Of a DNA stretch of 64,000 nt, positions 1 through 8,880 are shown one piece after another. The position numbers were made by a program, and so were the translations under genes. Below the pieces are notes generated by a model, which saw only the letters and a program-made list of their open reading frames with translations, ran no database searches and was not told the origin of the DNA. Location of the stretch: positions 1-64,000 of IMG/VR virus record IMGVR_UViG_3300008448_000001; one strand, 5' to 3'. How positions within the stretch are numbered: position 1 is the stretch's first letter; every line of letters starts with the position of its first letter.

Positions 1-61
1 CGTTGCTAGAATTTACGCAAGAGAAACGTGAAGAACTTTACGAAATGAACTGGGGGAGATA

Positions 62-385
62 GTGAAACGAATTTACATTTCTGGGCCGATGAAGGGGATA
101 GAGGGTTTGAACCGCGAAGCGTTTGAATCGGCAAGGCTTAGATTGTTGCGTTCTGAGAAGGAGTGGAGCGTCTTTGTCACTGTTCCGCATTTTATTGCAA
201 ACGATGAATGCTGGGACGAATCAACGCCACTCAACGAAATTGCTTCGGTGCTTGTTAGTAATCTCGTTGGATGCGACGCAATCTACATGCTTCGCGGATG
301 GGAGCAGTCGAAGGGAGCGAGGGCGGAGCACGCCGTCGCAGTTTGGATCGGATTGGAGATTATGTATCAAGGGGGTGAAGCATGA
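62..385 (+). CDS. DUF4406-family protein (nucleoside 2-deoxyribosyltransferase-like fold)
   Basis: IYISGPMKG ... CDAIYMLRGWEQSKGARAEH motif typical of DUF4406. Confidence 0.85.
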   Translation: MKRIYISGPMKGIEGLNREAFESARLRLLRSEKEWSVFVTVPHFIANDECWDESTPLNEIASVLVSNLVGCDAIYMLRGWEQSKGARAEHAVAVWIGLEIMYQGGEA

Positions 386-645
386 GTTGGGATAAGCACC
401 ACGACTACAGAATGCAAGACCTGAGAATGCTCGGGCCGATTGCGGCGAGGGTGATTCAGGAGGACTCAAACGAACTTAAAAGTCTACGAGAAGAAAACGA
501 GAAGCTTCGAGAAGAATGCGAGTATATAAAGTCTCTGCTTTTTTCTTCCAGGTTTCAAGCGTTCGCAAACGGTTTTATTTCTTGCGGATTGTTTTTCGGT
601 TTCGTTTTGGTTTCGGTTGTTGTCTACTTGTTAATAGCGGGGTGA
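382..645 (+). CDS. hypothetical protein with coiled coil and C-terminal TM helix
   Basis: ATGA overlap with upstream gene; hydrophobic C-terminus. Confidence 0.65.
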   Translation: MSWDKHHDYRMQDLRMLGPIAARVIQEDSNELKSLREENEKLREECEYIKSLLFSSRFQAFANGFISCGLFFGFVLVSVVVYLLIAG

Positions 646-648
646 AAA

Positions 649-2565
649 ATGAGCGGTTTTAAGGTTGGTGATGAGGTCGTTGTCGTGAGCAACAGCAGGG
701 TTGGCAAGGTTGAAAACCAAAGAACAGCTGATCGCATGTACAACGTACGATTCGAGAACGGAGAGCTGCTTTGCTACAAAGATTATGAGCTGAGCTCGGT
801 GCGTGACTTTTCCAAGGACGTGCGTCTAGCTACTGTCAGTAACGTTCGCGAACTGCTTTTGAGCGATGAGTTCGTGTCGGAATTTGCGCGGAAGTATTCT
901 GAAGCAAAGAAAGTTGTGCTGGAATCAGCTCAACCGCCAAAGGGGCACACGGAAACTCCGAATAAATGGGCTGAGAACCGTCAGGCGATTCCAATACCCG
1001 AAGGATGGCGAGAGTTGTTGGCCCATGAGGTTCCGAAAGCAAGCGACATGAATGACAGCACAGGTGCCTGGCTGGCCAGGGGGGATGGTTCGTCGAGCAT
1101 GTACTTGTACTCCGCAGCTCGCCACATTCGCAAAATCGAACCAGCGAACCCCTCGGAAACTCCGAATGGTTCGATACCGGATCCGGGCGAAGGCTACCGC
1201 ACGCCGCATCCAGGAGACGCAGGAAAGCAAGTCGAGGTGCGAGATTCCGAAGACATCCGACATTGTGATGCCAGGTGGGTTGAGCGGACTTTGGTGGCGG
1301 TTGTAGCTCTCCCTGTTGACTGCTACGACCGAAATGACATGGGGGAGTTTGTTTGCTCTACCGAAGGAAAAGACGCAAAGCACATTTGCCATCTTTGGAG
1401 ATTCGCGAGAATCAAGGAAGAACAGTCGCAAGGCATCGACACTTCGGAAACTCCGAATAGTTCGGTTCCAGAATCCAGCAGCCCTTGGGTTTCGGAAAAA
1501 CAGAAACCCGGCCCCAACGAAGTCTTTCCAAATGAAATACAGGGTGTTTGGGTCGAACCGCAACAGCCAACCGAGTGGATTCCCAAGATTGGCGATAAGG
1601 TGCGGGTAGTTAGGACGGGCAGGGTGGGTGTGAACGGTAAGTTTGGCATTATTGTCGACCTGCCGGGCTATGAGTATGCGGTGCGGATGGAGAGCGAAGG
1701 TTTCACTTTGTGTAACCTAAAGGCCGACGATCTCGAACTCATCGAGGCCGCCAACCCTTCGGAAACTCCGAAGAGTTCGACCGTTAAGCCGGGATACTTC
1801 GACGATATTGATGAAGTGTGGGTTGATGAGCCGAATCCGTTCGACGGTCGCAAGATCGAAGCAAAGCCTACCGAGTGGATCCCCAAGGTCGGGGATAAAG
1901 TGCGGGTGAACTGGCCTGGAAGGGATGGAGACAATGAGGTCGGCGTTATCGTTAATGGCGATGCCGGGGAATACGCGGTTCGGCTTGATCTAGACAACCT
2001 CATTTCGTCTAACCTTAAAGCCAGACACCTCGAACTCATCGAGGCTGCACAAGCTCCCGCCGACCATATTGCCGACGCCAACAAAATGGTTAACCCTTCG
2101 GAAACTCCGAATAGCTCGATCCCTGATCCGTTGAATTGCGTCGGCGAAGTCTGCGACCCAGCCAAACCGATTGGTGTGACCTGTTGTCCGCTTGCGATTC
2201 CTGACGGGTGGAGGGAGCTGGAACCGCATGAGATACCAATGCCGGGCGACTTGCAAGAATGGGGCGGTGCTTGGAAAGAAAGAACTTCTGTCAGCAATCA
2301 CGAATACGAATCGCATCAAATTTTTCACCTTCGCAAAATCGAAACCGCGAAGGAACCAGAGTACCGCGAGCCGACCTACGCTGACCTAGCTAACGGTCCG
2401 ATCGAGGTCGAGGTGAACGATGACGAAAGAGACGAATGTGCCTGGGTCAAGAGAATGCTGTATGCAGTGCTGCCTGCGCACGTAAGAATCCGTTTTGTCT
2501 GCAATTGGCCACGCGAAACCGGGAGTATTCACAGATGGAACTATGCTCGCATCAAAGTGAGCTAG
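649..2565 (+). CDS. mosaic multidomain phage protein (3 KOW/SH3-like domains, 2 IPxGWREL modules, 2 W-x-x-ARIK modules, SETPNSS linkers)
   Basis: 638 aa ORF with internal repeats FKVGDEV/PKIGDKVRV/PKVGDKVRV, IPEGWREL/IPDGWREL, WRFARIK/WNYARIK. Confidence 0.8.
   Translation: MSGFKVGDEVVVVSNSRVGKVENQRTADRMYNVRFENGELLCYKDYELSSVRDFSKDVRLATVSNVRELLLSDEFVSEFARKYSEAKKVVLESAQPPKGHTETPNKWAENRQAIPIPEGWRELLAHEVPKASDMNDSTGAWLARGDGSSSMYLYSAARHIRKIEPANPSETPNGSIPDPGEGYRTPHPGDAGKQVEVRDSEDIRHCDARWVERTLVAVVALPVDCYDRNDMGEFVCSTEGKDAKHICHLWRFARIKEEQSQGIDTSETPNSSVPESSSPWVSEKQKPGPNEVFPNEIQGVWVEPQQPTEWIPKIGDKVRVVRTGRVGVNGKFGIIVDLPGYEYAVRMESEGFTLCNLKADDLELIEAANPSETPKSSTVKPGYFDDIDEVWVDEPNPFDGRKIEAKPTEWIPKVGDKVRVNWPGRDGDNEVGVIVNGDAGEYAVRLDLDNLISSNLKARHLELIEAAQAPADHIADANKMVNPSETPNSSIPDPLNCVGEVCDPAKPIGVTCCPLAIPDGWRELEPHEIPMPGDLQEWGGAWKERTSVSNHEYESHQIFHLRKIETAKEPEYREPTYADLANGPIEVEVNDDERDECAWVKRMLYAVLPAHVRIRFVCNWPRETGSIHRWNYARIKVS
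950..2111. repeat. 5 dispersed copies of palindromic (TT)CGGA-AAC-TCCGAA inside the CDS (encodes [S/T]ETP[N/K])
   Basis: copies at 950-962, about 1145-1173, 1443-1457, 1758-1772, 2097-2111; core CGGAAACTCCGAA identical in all. Confidence 0.9.
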
Positions 2566-2690
2566 GCGAGTTGTTTCTGCCGGTTTGTTGATTTGACGCG
2601 ACCAGTGACACAAACGTGCTGCTGGTCGCACTGGAAATTTCGCGTTACCGTATTAACAGGTTACGCTTTTACTTTAACACAGAGGAAAAC

Positions 2691-3260
2691 ATGGACATAA
2701 CATCACCGCCGTACCCGCGAGTTAGCTGTAACACCGACAGCCTTTATTCCTTACTTCTGTCGCTGGGCGACTGGGTGGAGGAGCACCGGGAGTGGGCTGA
2801 AGCTAAAGCTGAGGAGGCGAACGCGCCGTTTAAGCCGTTTCTGCCGGATCTTTCTTTTTTGAAGCAGCAAAAGCTGGAGCACTTCAAGACGCTTGCAATC
2901 GCTTGTTTGGCTTCAAATTGTAACGCGATGCAGGAAATTCGTACTGCGTACGACCACATTGTTCGAAACAACGAAGAAGTAGAACAATGGGAAAGCCCCA
3001 ATTGCGTTTTTCTGCGACTTACGTTGCTCAGGAAGGCTTCTCTCTTTTTGACGGCTGCTTTTCTGGACAAAGAAAAAAGAGAAGCGAGATGCAAAGAGAT
3101 TCGCGACAGCGCAGGTGGGGAAGTGCGAGTCGTACCGGTTGAATCGCTGCCGCCGGGTTTGTTGGAAAAGATTTTTCCAGCGAGGCAAGAAGGCATATCC
3201 GATGCCGAATTTGACAATCTTTTCAACAGTAATGACCTTCTGGAAGGCGACAATGGTTAA
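2691..3260 (+). CDS. hypothetical protein
   Basis: ATG at 2691 after AGAGG; long ORF. Confidence 0.7.
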   Translation: MDITSPPYPRVSCNTDSLYSLLLSLGDWVEEHREWAEAKAEEANAPFKPFLPDLSFLKQQKLEHFKTLAIACLASNCNAMQEIRTAYDHIVRNNEEVEQWESPNCVFLRLTLLRKASLFLTAAFLDKEKREARCKEIRDSAGGEVRVVPVESLPPGLLEKIFPARQEGISDAEFDNLFNSNDLLEGDNG

Positions 3261-3456
3261 GAAATACAACACCGCGTTTACCGTGTGCTTCAGTGTTGAG
3301 CACGATTTTGAAGACACAGCGGATGTTCCGCTTCCTCTGTTGGTCGCCGGAGCTTTGCGAAGGTTAGCTAACCTTTCGGAAGAGGACCCGCAAGGGGCCC
3401 TGGAATCGTTTGAAGCTTACGACACCTATGAAATTCAAAAACCTGCAACACTGTAA
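3253..3456 (+). CDS. hypothetical protein
   Basis: ATG overlapping end of upstream gene. Confidence 0.6.
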   Translation: MVKKYNTAFTVCFSVEHDFEDTADVPLPLLVAGALRRLANLSEEDPQGALESFEAYDTYEIQKPATL

Positions 3457-3499
3457 ACCGCATAAAACGCCTCAATTTTGAAGCCACGAAAGTCATAAA

Positions 3500-3841
3500 A
3501 TGCATGCTTATAAAAAGAAAAGTCTTGATTGCGTTTCTGGGATGCCGCCCGATTTGGCAGCTAAGCTCGAATGTTCAAATTCGACGGAACTTTTTCGTCT
3601 TGCCGCAGATCACCACACGCAGTATATGACTCTTATCAGTTCTGCTTGGGAAGACGTGACGCCCGTTGTCGCCTGGTTTGAGTCGCAAGGTCTCTACGAG
3701 GCAGGTATTAATTGGCTGTACGAGAACACACCGGATGTTTATTTACGGGCTTTGGCGATCAACCGTCTTATTGCCGGCACTGACAAAAAATTCAAAAGCC
3801 TACAAGCGGCTTGCTGTCCGAAAAAGGCGAATAAGTCGTGA
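3500..3841 (+). CDS. hypothetical protein
   Basis: 113 aa ORF filling the gap. Confidence 0.6.
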   Translation: MHAYKKKSLDCVSGMPPDLAAKLECSNSTELFRLAADHHTQYMTLISSAWEDVTPVVAWFESQGLYEAGINWLYENTPDVYLRALAINRLIAGTDKKFKSLQAACCPKKANKS

Positions 3842-3855
3842 CCGAGTTGACTTAA

Positions 3856-4248
3856 CTAGCGTTGGCTGCTGGCGTGGTTCATTTTGCAATCGACAAACTC
3901 CGGCTGTTGGACCAGGTTTGTAATTTCGTTTTTAACGGCGACCCGGTTTCGGTTGTGGTTCCGAATAGCGACAGCGCGTTTGCCGATTTCGGCTAGGCCT
4001 AGCTCCAGGTCTAGCCCTTTTCGCAAGTCGTACTCGAGATCCCACATTTTCCCGTTGATTTCCTTCAGGCGGGAAACAAGATCCAGAAGCTGCGCATTGT
4101 CTTTGTCGACGCCTTCTCGCAAGTAGTTAATTTGTTTCGAAAGGAGCTCTTTGTCTACTTCGGTTTCGGACAGGCGTTCCATCTTCAGTTCTGCGATCGT
4201 TAGTCTGTCGCAGAGTTCGTTTATTGGCATTGGGATAGGTTTGATCAT
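3856..4248 (-). CDS. DUF6165/DUF4254-like helical protein
   Basis: PINELCDRLTIAELK ... LKEINGKMWDLEYDLRK ... NRNRVAVKNEI pattern; start at 4248 or 4230. Confidence 0.7.
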   Translation of the reverse strand: MIKPIPMPINELCDRLTIAELKMERLSETEVDKELLSKQINYLREGVDKDNAQLLDLVSRLKEINGKMWDLEYDLRKGLDLELGLAEIGKRAVAIRNHNRNRVAVKNEITNLVQQPEFVDCKMNHASSQR

Positions 4249-5356
4249 GTTTAGAAAAATTTTAGCTGTTAGCGATTTGCATTTGTCGGACACCATTTGG
4301 AAACACCGGCCTATCCATGGAGACAGCTACCACAGCTGGAGCTACATTGTGCAGTACGCTGTGCTGGCAGGCGTTGACGCTGTAATTCTAGCGGGCGACA
4401 TCTTGGACAAGCAACTAAATGTTGCAAATCCTGTTGCAAAGCTGAATGCGGGGCTTCTAAAGCTGCGAGACGCCGGAGTGACCGTGCTTTACAATCAGGG
4501 TCAACACGAGTTTCAACGCGACTTACCGTGGATGGACGTGGCCAACTTGGGTGCGAAACATTTAAAAGGCAAGTCGGACTTTTGCTTTTCGAACGGTCTT
4601 CGGATAGCTGGATTCGACTACTGCAACGAGAAAACTCTTGCGGAAAGGCTGGGTGAAATCGAAAAGGATTCTGGACAAGAGTATTTTCTTGTCTGTCACC
4701 AGGTCTGGAAAGATTTCATGGGTGACGTTGGAAAGACACAAGGTTGCTTTGATGATCTACCCAAAAACGTCAGATTTATGTTAACTGGTGATTTCCACCA
4801 AACGATTGTTCGCGAGGTTAGCAAAGATTTGACGGTTTTAAGCCCCGGAAGCACGCATTTGCGCAGCTTGGCGGAGCCGGCGGAAAAGCATTTCTTCGAG
4901 ATAAGTGCTGACCAGAAGGGCTTGTCGATTGAAGTCCGCGACATACCGACTCGGAGATACCTGGAAGTCAAAACAGGTACTTTGCCGTACTTACAGATTT
5001 CTGAGCGGGTTAAAACGTTTGTCGGACAAGATTTCGGAGATCTCCCGGAGGAGCTGCGGAAACCGATTGTTCGAATCGTCCACGGCAAGGATGATTTTGA
5101 TTTTGTGCGGCACATCAAAGAGAGTTTTGACGGCCTTGCTCACTTGTTTTTCAAGCTGAAGACGGTTTCTGTTGACGTTTTAAGTGTGGACACCACGACG
5201 GATGAGAGCCATTTGACGCTTCAAGCTTGTTTGCCGTTTGAGATCAACCCGCAGGGATCGCCTGCGGCCTACGGTTTGGCGTCCGAGCTTTTATCGGGTG
5301 CGGATCCGAACACTGTACTTGAACGTTGGTTAGAGGAGAATTTGAATGCAAATTGA
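4247..5356 (+). CDS. Mre11/SbcD-like metallophosphoesterase nuclease
   Basis: DLH, GDILD, GQHE, CHQ, GDFH motifs; directly upstream of the Rad50-like gene. Confidence 0.9.
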   Translation: MFRKILAVSDLHLSDTIWKHRPIHGDSYHSWSYIVQYAVLAGVDAVILAGDILDKQLNVANPVAKLNAGLLKLRDAGVTVLYNQGQHEFQRDLPWMDVANLGAKHLKGKSDFCFSNGLRIAGFDYCNEKTLAERLGEIEKDSGQEYFLVCHQVWKDFMGDVGKTQGCFDDLPKNVRFMLTGDFHQTIVREVSKDLTVLSPGSTHLRSLAEPAEKHFFEISADQKGLSIEVRDIPTRRYLEVKTGTLPYLQISERVKTFVGQDFGDLPEELRKPIVRIVHGKDDFDFVRHIKESFDGLAHLFFKLKTVSVDVLSVDTTTDESHLTLQACLPFEINPQGSPAAYGLASELLSGADPNTVLERWLEENLNAN

Positions 5357-7487
5357 GACAGTTGAGCTAAAGAACATCGGTCCCCACAGGGAGTTAACCG
5401 CGGAGTTGTCCTCTGGTATCGTCGGCATAGTCGGCGCCAACGGGGCGGGTAAGAGTTCGTTCGTGAACGCTATCTACGCCGCCTTTACGGGTGATTTCAC
5501 ACGCTTCAACGTGGCAACAAAGGCCGAGGCCATTAACAATCAGGCAGCTAAGCACGAAAAGTCTTGGATTAAGATTGTTGGAAACCATGGTTGTAAGCCG
5601 TTTGAGCTGGTTCGAAGCCTGCGTCCGAACGAGGTGACCTTCACATACGGCGACAGTGAGATCGAGACGGCTTCGCAGGTCAATGGCGCAGTTTTCAAGC
5701 TGCTGGGCCTGACGCCAAGCGTTTTTGATCGTTATGTGTTTGTCGAGCAGTGGGAAATGTTCAGCTTTCTTGATGACACGGAAAGCGTGCGGGCTAAAGC
5801 GTTTCAGCACTTGTGTGGAGTCGAGTCGGCCACTTCGCTGCACAAGGCTTGCGTGCAATTCCGGGACAGGCTCACGGCGAAGCAGTCAATTGACAACAGC
5901 CTGGACCTAGAAAGCAACATTGATCAAATTCAGAGGGAAATGCTGCGACTTAAGCGTACGAAGTTCGAAGGCTTGCTGCCCGACGACGAGGCAGCTGAAT
6001 TGCGACAGAAGCGGGATCTTTATCTGAAGGTTTCGCAGCTCGAGTCGCTTAAGTCGCAGGGTCTTATTGACCTCGAAGCATTGAAAAATGTTCTAGGCGA
6101 CAAAGAAAAAGTTTTCCAGGACGTGGAAACAAAGTTTAACAGAGCTGCCGATTGGCTGAAAAAGCACAAGACTTTGCTTGAAGCTGCGGTAGGGACTTTA
6201 CGCGACTGGCAGGCACAAAGCTCTCTTCAATCCAAGCAGGTAAGATGCCGTTCACTTATTAGAGACTGGGAGGCTAAGGTTGAAGCGACCGACGCAGAAA
6301 TAGCTTTGCACGCTGCAAAGTCTCCGAGTTTTTCGAAAGAGGAACTTGCGGGCTTAAAAGCGGAACTTCAAAGTTTAAGAACAAAAGCGAAGGAGTTAAA
6401 AACCGCCGTTAGTAACTTGGAGCAAGGCAGTCGGGCTGTGTGTTCTTCGTGCATGCAGAACATTCCTGCGTCGCATTCGGTGAAATTAAAAGCTGAAGCG
6501 GACGCTGTCGAAAGGCTGGCGGTGGAGAAAGCAAGACAGGTCATGGCCTCGCAGAACTATTGCGATCGGTCGGAATATCTGCTTGAGTTACGAAGAGAGC
6601 AGCAAGGTCTTTTGGTGAAATACCAATCGGAGCTGCAGGGACTGTCGCAGGCTTCGCAGTCGATTGTAACGCAAGACGCGGCAGACAGGGCAACGGCAGC
6701 CCTCGAGCAGCGTAAAAAGGCGGAAGCATCGTTTGCGGAGAGCAAACCGAAGCGAGACAGGTTGAAAGCAGAATTGGACGTGCTGAGAGGCCGCATATCG
6801 AACGCTGAAAGCCAGCTGCAAGAGTACGAGGCTCAGCTTGCAACTTTGACAACGGATCTCGGGTCGGCTGACGCATCGATACAGGAGAAGCTCGAACGGC
6901 ACGACGAGGCTTTACGCCAAAAGGCTGCGGTTTCCGCCGAGTACAAGACTAACGCAACGCAGTTGAGTACTTTGCAGGCGACGTTGAACAAGCTGAAAAC
7001 CTCGCTTGCCCGAGAAGCCAAGACCAGGTCGTTGGCCGAAGTAGTGGACAGGGTCGCTAACGCTTTTCATTGGTCTGGACTACCTAAGCGGGTAGCGCAG
7101 AACAATTTGATGCAGTTGGAAGCGGACATCAATACGCAGCTCGAGCTCTTCAGTTCTCCTTTTTTGGTTGAAACAACTGACGACCTGTCTTTCAAGGCGA
7201 CTTTCCCTGGCAAGCCCAGCGTGTCGGCAAGGCAGCTCAGTGGTGGTCAGAAAGTTATCCTGGCCATTGCTTTTCGGGCGGCTTTGGATAGGCTTTTCGG
7301 GCATAATATTGGGATGTTGTTCCTGGACGAACCTACGGCGGGATTGGACGCAGACAACGTCGCTTACTTCCATGACGCGATGCAGAGCTGGTCTGCAAAC
7401 GTTGGGGCGCAGAAGCAGATTATTGTCATCACGCACGTCCAAGACATGACAAGTGCCTTCGACCAAATTGTAACGATCGATAAATGA
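5346..7487 (+). CDS. Rad50/SbcC-like SMC ATPase
   Basis: Walker A GANGAGKS, long coiled coil with CSSC zinc hook, LSGGQ signature, LFLDEP, ITH. Confidence 0.95.
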   Translation: MQIETVELKNIGPHRELTAELSSGIVGIVGANGAGKSSFVNAIYAAFTGDFTRFNVATKAEAINNQAAKHEKSWIKIVGNHGCKPFELVRSLRPNEVTFTYGDSEIETASQVNGAVFKLLGLTPSVFDRYVFVEQWEMFSFLDDTESVRAKAFQHLCGVESATSLHKACVQFRDRLTAKQSIDNSLDLESNIDQIQREMLRLKRTKFEGLLPDDEAAELRQKRDLYLKVSQLESLKSQGLIDLEALKNVLGDKEKVFQDVETKFNRAADWLKKHKTLLEAAVGTLRDWQAQSSLQSKQVRCRSLIRDWEAKVEATDAEIALHAAKSPSFSKEELAGLKAELQSLRTKAKELKTAVSNLEQGSRAVCSSCMQNIPASHSVKLKAEADAVERLAVEKARQVMASQNYCDRSEYLLELRREQQGLLVKYQSELQGLSQASQSIVTQDAADRATAALEQRKKAEASFAESKPKRDRLKAELDVLRGRISNAESQLQEYEAQLATLTTDLGSADASIQEKLERHDEALRQKAAVSAEYKTNATQLSTLQATLNKLKTSLAREAKTRSLAEVVDRVANAFHWSGLPKRVAQNNLMQLEADINTQLELFSSPFLVETTDDLSFKATFPGKPSVSARQLSGGQKVILAIAFRAALDRLFGHNIGMLFLDEPTAGLDADNVAYFHDAMQSWSANVGAQKQIIVITHVQDMTSAFDQIVTIDK

Positions 7488-8308
7488 CAGATAGACAAAC
7501 CGTTTGTTTGCACGCAGACTCCAACGGCGACGTTTGGAGTCTGCAGGCTGGAAAAGGCATAGTTAGGCCTAAGTTTGACGTTTTACCTGCGTCGGACTTC
7601 TGGGTTGTTGGTTTCCCTTCCAATTATGCCATTCTGACGGAGTTGTACTTTGACACCGTAAGACGTTACAGCGCAAACGAAAAGAATTTGTCCAGCATAT
7701 ATGTCGGCTCGGTTTTTCCTTGGCGTCATTTTGACTGCAAGTCTAAGGATTTCCTGTACGATGTTGTTGCAGTTCCGCCTGCCAAGCGGCAAGCTTCGCA
7801 TTGGCACCTGCTGGACGATGCGTCCATCAGCACGTACTTACTTGCTAAAAGTTTATACGACGCATCTTACGACATGGCGGAGGTGGCCTGGCAAAACCAT
7901 TGTCTGGCCCCTGTTTTTTCGCGACTCGGCTGCGATGCGGACTTAGATCCTGCGATGTTTCTGGTTGCTGACATCTTGGATCCCCGTTGGTTCATGTCAG
8001 CAAACGGAAGTTTCAAGGCTTTGGAGCGGTACTTTGGACTTCAAAAGAGGTCGCACAGACTAGCGGACGCGAAATTTTTCATGCTGTCGGACGCCGTGAA
8101 AGCGATACCGAGCAATAGTTTTTTGCACGCGGAGGCCGAAGTCAGGAATCCGAGAGACAAGCTTTTCGCGATGCCTAGATTGTTTTTGCATTTTTTTGTA
8201 CGACATTGGCTTTCGTTTCAAACGCGGCTTTCGTTTTTTGATCCGTCTTTGTTCTTCAAAAGCCAGAAAGCAAAGCAAATGTACATAGATATTTTCGATC
8301 CGCAGTGA
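7484..8308 (+). CDS. hypothetical protein with IS110/Nop-domain-like C-terminal region
   Basis: AMFLVADILDPRWF...ALERYFGL and RLFLHFFVRHW resemble the conserved blocks of IS110/Nop RNA-binding domains; the ORF is well supported, the fold is tentative. Confidence 0.5.
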   Translation: MTDRQTVCLHADSNGDVWSLQAGKGIVRPKFDVLPASDFWVVGFPSNYAILTELYFDTVRRYSANEKNLSSIYVGSVFPWRHFDCKSKDFLYDVVAVPPAKRQASHWHLLDDASISTYLLAKSLYDASYDMAEVAWQNHCLAPVFSRLGCDADLDPAMFLVADILDPRWFMSANGSFKALERYFGLQKRSHRLADAKFFMLSDAVKAIPSNSFLHAEAEVRNPRDKLFAMPRLFLHFFVRHWLSFQTRLSFFDPSLFFKSQKAKQMYIDIFDPQ

Positions 8309-8787
8309 CAGAGTTTATCGCACGCTTACAGTTTGTCTCGCCTTGCCTGGGTAACGCCAAAGAACCCGGGTCGGGAAGGTTTTTGTTTAGTCGAAACCGC
8401 GAAGGCAAGATAGTTTTCTTGCCTGCTTGGCACAAATCGAACATGGTGATGGCAGCCAATTTGATATCAGGCTATCGCGAAGAAGTGCAACGTATTCTGT
8501 GGAGCACGGTGGTCGATGTAGAGCTGCGTGACAAACGATGGCATCGAGTTTACTATATGAGTGCTGCAGGCAGGGAGCGTTACTCTGTTCACGAGTCAAT
8601 CGCTGCGGGACAGTTGGCAGAAATAAGCCTTTCGCTTCCTGAGAACTTGCCGGTCGATGCTTTTTCGCGTTTGCTGGGGATTGCAGGTAAGCACAAAGGC
8701 TTATCGCCATGGCAACCCGGCACGTATGGGCACTACAGGGTTGTTGACGTGTTTGCGAAACCGACTCTGTTTACGGATAGTGAATAA
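8305..8787 (+). CDS. minimal Cas7-like RAMP protein (phage stand-alone type)
   Basis: N-terminal strand LQFVSPCLG, FSRNREG, HESIAAG and C-terminal G-rich loop GKHKGLSPWQPGTYGHYRV. Confidence 0.7.
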   Translation: MTEFIARLQFVSPCLGNAKEPGSGRFLFSRNREGKIVFLPAWHKSNMVMAANLISGYREEVQRILWSTVVDVELRDKRWHRVYYMSAAGRERYSVHESIAAGQLAEISLSLPENLPVDAFSRLLGIAGKHKGLSPWQPGTYGHYRVVDVFAKPTLFTDSE

Positions 8788-8819
8788 AAAAACCACCCGA
8801 GTTGTGACCCTCGGGTGGT
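8786..8819 (-). terminator. 10-bp hairpin with an A-run on the + strand side (intrinsic terminator in - orientation, or a structural RNA element)
   Basis: ACCACCCGAG 8792-8801 / CTCGGGTGGT 8810-8819, A-run 8786-8792. Confidence 0.5.
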
Positions 8820-8880
8820 AATTGGCTTAGCTGTCGTCGTTGCAGCTGATGCCATTTTAGCTGAAACCCTTTTACTTACA

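Noticed and set aside
950-2111. CRISPR-like reading of the palindromic CGGAAACTCCGAA repeats
   Set aside because: Spacing is irregular (200-340 bp) and all copies are in-frame within one long CDS.
7484-8308. Active IS110 insertion sequence
   Set aside because: No recognisable DEDD or catalytic Ser motifs and no non-coding ends; the gene overlaps both neighbours.
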